Shown: positions 59,811 through 64,000 of the stretch, piece after piece
Position numbering within the stretch: the stretch's first letter is position 1
How the letters are laid out: each line of letters starts with the position of its first letter
From: Acidobacteriota bacterium
GTDB taxonomy: Bacteria > Acidobacteriota > UBA6911 > RPQK01 > JANQFM01
DNA: 64,000 nucleotides
Reading direction: 5' to 3'
NCBI GenBank assembly: GCA_041630155.1
Contig: JBFKLX010000003.1
Location: forward strand, 1,915 to 65,914
The notes under the pieces: generated by a model
Database searches by the model: none
The model's input: the letters and a program-made list of their open reading frames with translations, nothing else
Told to the model about the DNA's origin: nothing
Program-made: the position numbers and the translations under genes

Positions 59811-62805
59811 TGCTGATCTCCGGGTTGGGGTTTCTCAGCCGCGCCAGATAGGTCGTCCGCGGCTTGGTGTTCAATTCCGTGAGGATTCCGTAGTTGAGCG
59901 GGTCGGCTTTCCATTGGGAGACCTGGCTGGCGGGATCGTTGATGTCTCCGAATACGATGGCCTGGCTGGGGCAGACCGCCTGGCAGGCCGTCCGCACTTC
60001 GCCGTCCCGGATCTTGCGCTTGGCGACTTTGGCGTCGATGCGAGCCGCGTTGATCCGCTGCACGCAGTAGCTGCACTTCTCCATGACTCCCCGGCTGCGC
60101 ACCGTGACGTCTGGATTTCGCATCAGTTCGAGGCTGCTCGTCTCCCAGTCCTGATACAGGATGAAGTTGAAGCGCCGCACTTTGTAGGGACAGTTGTTGC
60201 TGCAGTAGCGCGTCCCCACGCAGCGGTTGTAGGTCATTTCGTTGAGGCCTTCCGGACTGTGAGTGGTGGCGGCCACCGGGCAAACCACCTCGCAGGGGGC
60301 GTTCTCACAGTGCTGGCAAGGCAAGGGCTGGTGCACGAACTCGGGGTTGTCCAACTCTCCCTTGAAGTAACCGTCGACGCGAATCCAATGCATTTCGCGT
60401 CCCAGAATGACCTGCTCCTTTCCCACCACGGGAATGTTGTTCTCCGACTGGCAGGCCACCACACAGGCGTTGCAGCCCGTGCAGGCGCCCAGGTCGATCG
60501 CCATGCCCCAGGCATACCCGGAGTATTCCCAGGGCGGGTAGAGCGTGAAATCCTCCGGGAACTCGTGCCCCATTTCGTGCACGAACTCCGGGTGGGATCG
60601 ATAGTTCTCCAGAGTTCCCTCGCGGACCAGGTGCCGGCGCTCGGCTTCGGACGAGGCCTCCACCTGAACGGCGAAGTGGCTCTGCGTGGAGGCGAAGCGG
60701 TAGCCGCTGCCGCTGCGCGAGATCTGCACCCCGGAGGCGTGCCAGAGGCCATCGGAAGTCCGCAGCGGGTAGGCGTTGAAGCCCACCCGGTTGCCCACCC
60801 GTCCGGCGTGGGTCCTGCCGAATCCCAGGTGAAGGCAAAGCGTGCCGTCGGCCTGCCCGGGAATGATCCAGGCTGGTCCCTCCACCCGGCGCTCTCCCAG
60901 GCTCAGGACCACCCGGTCGCCCGTCGTGAGGTGGAGGTCTTCGGCGGTGGCCGGGCTCATCAGCACCGCGTTGTCCCAGGTCAGCTTGGTGAACGGTTTG
61001 GGCAGCTCTTGGAGCCAGCCGTTGTTGGAAAGCTCTCCCTGGCCGATGGCAGGGTCGGCGCGAAAAATCACTTCCAATCCGGAGGATGGCGGCTCGCTCG
61101 GCCCGCTGTCCCAATCCGCCTGCAGCGCCACCGTGACTGGAGCCGCCTGGGTGCCGGCCACGACGCCGTCGTGGATGCTCCTCCTCCAGAGCTGATCGAA
61201 ATCGCCGCCCGGGGTCCGCTGCTGCCAGTGCTCCCGGACCAGATCGTAGCTGCGAGCCCCGGGACGGCCCAGCAGGGCGGCCACCACCTCGAGGTCGGTC
61301 TTGCCGCCGTAAAGGGGCTGGATCAAGGGCTGCAGGATCGACGTGGTGCCGTCGAAGGCTCGGGCGTCGCCCCAGCTCTCCAGGTCGTGCGCTGCCGGAA
61401 TGTGCCAATGACAGCGAGCCGAGGTTTCGTCCTCGTAAAGGCTGAGATGAACCCGCAGGGCGACCTTGTCCAGCTCTTCCGAAAACTCCAGATCGGCGGG
61501 CGCGTCGTAAACCGGGTTCCCCCCCAGGATGAGCAACACTTCGACGCGGCCAGCCTGCATATCGTCGGACAGCCGGCGCAGCGATTCCAGCTCAACGGTG
61601 GGCTGGGCTTCCACCGGTTCGGTGTAGTGGATGGTCGTTCCCACCGCTCCCAGGCGTGCGTTGCAGGCGTGGGCCAAAGCGTGGACCGCAGCCGGGGCTT
61701 CCTCCCCGGCAATCACGACGCAGCGCCCGCCGCGCCCGCTCGAGTCGCGCGCCACGCTCCGAATCCAGCTCTCGTGCGCGCTTTGGCCACCCCCCTGGAC
61801 GGCGACACCCAACTCGGCCGCCAGCGACCGTGCCAGGCCTTCCAATTCGCCGGCCTGTGCGGCCAGCCGGTGGTCGGCCATGGAGCCGGTGACCGTGGGC
61901 GTCGCCTCCACTACGTAGAGGCGGTTCATCTCCCCGTCTCCCCCGTGGACCCGGCGCCCGGCGGCGAAATCGCGCGCGTAACGCAGGCTGCCCGGGCCGC
62001 TGAACAGGAAGTCGGCGCCCAGCGAGACGATCACCTCTGCGCGACTCAAGTCGTAGCGGGTTTCGACGAAGCGCCCGAAGGCCCGGCGAGCCCCTTGGCG
62101 GACCGAGTCCCGGCCGGCCGCCCTCCACTGATGCCAACGCGCCTGGGGAAACTGCTGCAGCAACTCTGCCAGCAGGGCGCCGAGGGTCGGTGAGGTGACG
62201 GTCTCGGTGAGAATCCGCAGTCCGCCGCCGCCACCCGCCTTCTGGGTTTGCAGAGGTCCCCCCAACTCCTGCAGGAAGGTGTCCCAGGTGCTGATTCGGC
62301 CCGTCTTGCGGACGACTTGAGAGCGGTCCGGGTCATAGAGCCCCAGGATGGCGGCCTGGACCTGGGCGCTGGTAGCGCCGAGGCTGGCCGGGTGGTCCGG
62401 GTTGCCCTCGATCTTGGTGGGCCTTCCCATGTGGCTCTCCACCAGAATGCCCTGCCCGTAGCCGCCCAGCCTGGAGGCCGTGGCGTAGAAGAGAGGCCGC
62501 CCCGGAATCAGTTCCTCCGGCTGTTTCACGTAGGGGACGATCTTCTCGAGGGGCTGCTTGGTGCAGGCGCCCAATCCGGCCAGCGCCAAAGAGGCGCCCA
62601 TCAAGCGGAGGAAGTTGCGCCGTCCCACAGGATCGGTCCACTCCGAGGCATTCTCGGGGAATTCCCGCTGCAGGAAGGATTTGAACTCTTCAGTTTCAGC
62701 CAGCTCCTCCAGGCTGCGCCAGTATTTTCGACCCCGGAGCCGGTCCAGCTTTCCCCGGATGCGCCGCAAGTCGATGAGTTCCCGTGAATTGGCTTTGTCG
62801 CTCAT
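59803..62805 (-). CDS. actB: Alternative complex III subunit ActB (molybdopterin-oxidoreductase-like domain fused to 4Fe-4S ferredoxin domain), TAT signal
   Basis: RRNFLRLMGASLALAGLGA TAT motif; C-terminal CTGCNACVVAC, CQHCENAPC, CSNNCPYKVRRFN, CSYC ferredoxin clusters. Confidence 0.85.
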   Translation of the reverse strand: MSDKANSRELIDLRRIRGKLDRLRGRKYWRSLEELAETEEFKSFLQREFPENASEWTDPVGRRNFLRLMGASLALAGLGACTKQPLEKIVPYVKQPEELIPGRPLFYATASRLGGYGQGILVESHMGRPTKIEGNPDHPASLGATSAQVQAAILGLYDPDRSQVVRKTGRISTWDTFLQELGGPLQTQKAGGGGGLRILTETVTSPTLGALLAELLQQFPQARWHQWRAAGRDSVRQGARRAFGRFVETRYDLSRAEVIVSLGADFLFSGPGSLRYARDFAAGRRVHGGDGEMNRLYVVEATPTVTGSMADHRLAAQAGELEGLARSLAAELGVAVQGGGQSAHESWIRSVARDSSGRGGRCVVIAGEEAPAAVHALAHACNARLGAVGTTIHYTEPVEAQPTVELESLRRLSDDMQAGRVEVLLILGGNPVYDAPADLEFSEELDKVALRVHLSLYEDETSARCHWHIPAAHDLESWGDARAFDGTTSILQPLIQPLYGGKTDLEVVAALLGRPGARSYDLVREHWQQRTPGGDFDQLWRRSIHDGVVAGTQAAPVTVALQADWDSGPSEPPSSGLEVIFRADPAIGQGELSNNGWLQELPKPFTKLTWDNAVLMSPATAEDLHLTTGDRVVLSLGERRVEGPAWIIPGQADGTLCLHLGFGRTHAGRVGNRVGFNAYPLRTSDGLWHASGVQISRSGSGYRFASTQSHFAVQVEASSEAERRHLVREGTLENYRSHPEFVHEMGHEFPEDFTLYPPWEYSGYAWGMAIDLGACTGCNACVVACQSENNIPVVGKEQVILGREMHWIRVDGYFKGELDNPEFVHQPLPCQHCENAPCEVVCPVAATTHSPEGLNEMTYNRCVGTRYCSNNCPYKVRRFNFILYQDWETSSLELMRNPDVTVRSRGVMEKCSYCVQRINAARIDAKVAKRKIRDGEVRTACQAVCPSQAIVFGDINDPASQVSQWKADPLNYGILTELNTKPRTTYLARLRNPNPEISSE

Positions 62806-63452
62806 CGATGGCAAATCGAACAATTGGTCAAGTTGGCGATTTCGTACGCTTGCATCAGCGCGCGGCCCTGCTCCAGTTGATCGGCCGGCGGCCGCCAGTC
62901 GACGTTGAGCACTTCCGGCAGCGGGCGCACGTATTTCTCGGGGTTGCGGTGGCAGTCCAGACACCACTCCATGAAGAGCGTGTTGGCTTTCCAGACCAAC
63001 GGCATCTGGTCGACCTGGCCGTGGCAGGTGGTGCACCCGATGCCCTTGCTGAGGTGGATGCTGTGGTTGAAGTAGACGAAGTCCGGCAAGTCGTGGACGC
63101 GATTCCAGACCAGGGACTCACCGGAGCGGTAGCTCTCCCGGACCGGTTCCAGCATCGGGCTGTCCGACCAGATCTGGCTGTGGCAGCTCATACAGGTCTC
63201 GGTGGGAGGGATTCCCGCGAAGGCGCTCTCCTCGACCGAGGTGTGGCAGTAGCGGCAGTCCACCCCCAGGCCGTTGACATGGTGCTTATGGCTGAACATC
63301 ACGGGCTGTTCCTTCGACTCGCCCACTTCGGTGAAATAGGCCGAACGGTACACCGTGGCGGCCAGCCAGGCCATCGCCCCGAGTATGAAGACCGCGCCGA
63401 AGATGCTCACACGCGCCAGCGTGTTCGTGCTCCGGTGAAAAGTCTGCCCCAT
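62802..63452 (-). CDS. actA: Alternative complex III subunit ActA (pentahaem cytochrome c, membrane-anchored)
   Basis: Five CxxCH motifs (CRYCH, CMSCH, CTTCH, CLDCH, CSICH); N-terminal TM. Confidence 0.85.
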   Translation of the reverse strand: MGQTFHRSTNTLARVSIFGAVFILGAMAWLAATVYRSAYFTEVGESKEQPVMFSHKHHVNGLGVDCRYCHTSVEESAFAGIPPTETCMSCHSQIWSDSPMLEPVRESYRSGESLVWNRVHDLPDFVYFNHSIHLSKGIGCTTCHGQVDQMPLVWKANTLFMEWCLDCHRNPEKYVRPLPEVLNVDWRPPADQLEQGRALMQAYEIANLTNCSICHR

Positions 63453-63788
63453 AAGCGCCCGATCTTACCATTTCTCCGGGGCGGTTTTAAGCGACAGGCG
63501 GAGAAAGTTTTACAGGAGCATGGGGCATGGGGCGCGGGGCTCCGAGCCGTCAGGCGCGGAGAAGCGAGGCCTTCCTCGAAAATCAACGAACCAAGGCGGA
63601 TCGTCCCGATCATCGAGCTTTTCCAGGGCAAACCCGCAATTTGGGAGTTCGCCCTGTGAGGGGGCGTCGGTGGGGGCTCTCACCCCACGGACTGCCGCCG
63701 GCTAAAGAGAGTATAATTCTGGTTTTCCCTGCAAAAGGCTGCGGGAGGGGTCTCGGGAGGAAGAATCGCAGGAGCTAAGAATCTAAGA

Positions 63789-64000
63789 ATGTTGATTCTC
63801 TTGACCAACGACGACGGGATTGAAGCCCTCGGTTTGAGGTCGCTGCGGCCGATTCTCGAGCAACTGGGCGAAGTCGTCACGGTGGCTCCTTCTGAGGAAC
63901 GGAGCGCCACCAGCCACAGCCTCACGATCCACGATCCGATCCGCATCCTCCCGCAAGGGGAACGGGCCTATGCCGTGACCGGCACTCCGGTGGATTGCGT
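63789..64000 (+). CDS. surE: 5'/3'-nucleotidase SurE (N-terminal fragment; continues beyond window)
   Basis: MLILLTNDDGIEALGL... canonical SurE N-terminus. Confidence 0.8.
   Translation, partial: MLILLTNDDGIEALGLRSLRPILEQLGEVVTVAPSEERSATSHSLTIHDPIRILPQGERAYAVTGTPVDC

Overview
High-GC (~65-68%) bacterial chromosomal segment, gene-dense on both strands; the content is Acidobacteriota/Gemmatimonadota-like, but that is inference from gene content only. Best-supported block: minus-strand respiratory supercluster at ~51.2-63.5 kb, alternative complex III (actABCDEF) - SCO1 copper chaperone - caa3-type cytochrome oxidase (coxB-coxA-coxC-subunit IV), with divergent surE at the window end. coxB carries a single in-frame TAG ahead of an otherwise intact CuA site. 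Other supported genes: ECF sigma/anti-sigma pair followed by two LTXXQ (Spy/CpxP-like) periplasmic proteins; B12-binding radical SAM enzyme with a long C-terminal extension, preceded by a Trp-rich 72-aa ORF that has a strong RBS; TAT-signal alanine racemase flanked by a ~85-bp direct repeat; PAS(4-Cys)-LuxR one-component regulator next to two paralogous secreted proteins (one with two CxxCH haems, one His-rich); osmoprotectant ABC transporter with fused binding-protein/permease; two SSS symporters; ArsR-SRPBCC pair; M23 peptidase, M19 dipeptidase, CPBP protease, DJ-1/PfpI, CaCA exchanger. At 38.6-50 kb: a 1,366-aa secreted protein downstream of a consensus sigma-54 promoter, whose duplicated C-terminal two-domain module recurs at the C-terminus of a nearby polytopic membrane protein; an orphan xanthine-dehydrogenase-family Mo subunit; and an anSME-like radical SAM/SPASM enzyme. 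A short GC-rich inverted-repeat element (core GGACAGGATTACAGGATCTTC / TGCCCTGTCCCC) recurs in at least five intergenic sites. No tRNA, rRNA, CRISPR array or obvious transposase was seen. All family assignments are from by-eye motif recognition without database searches.
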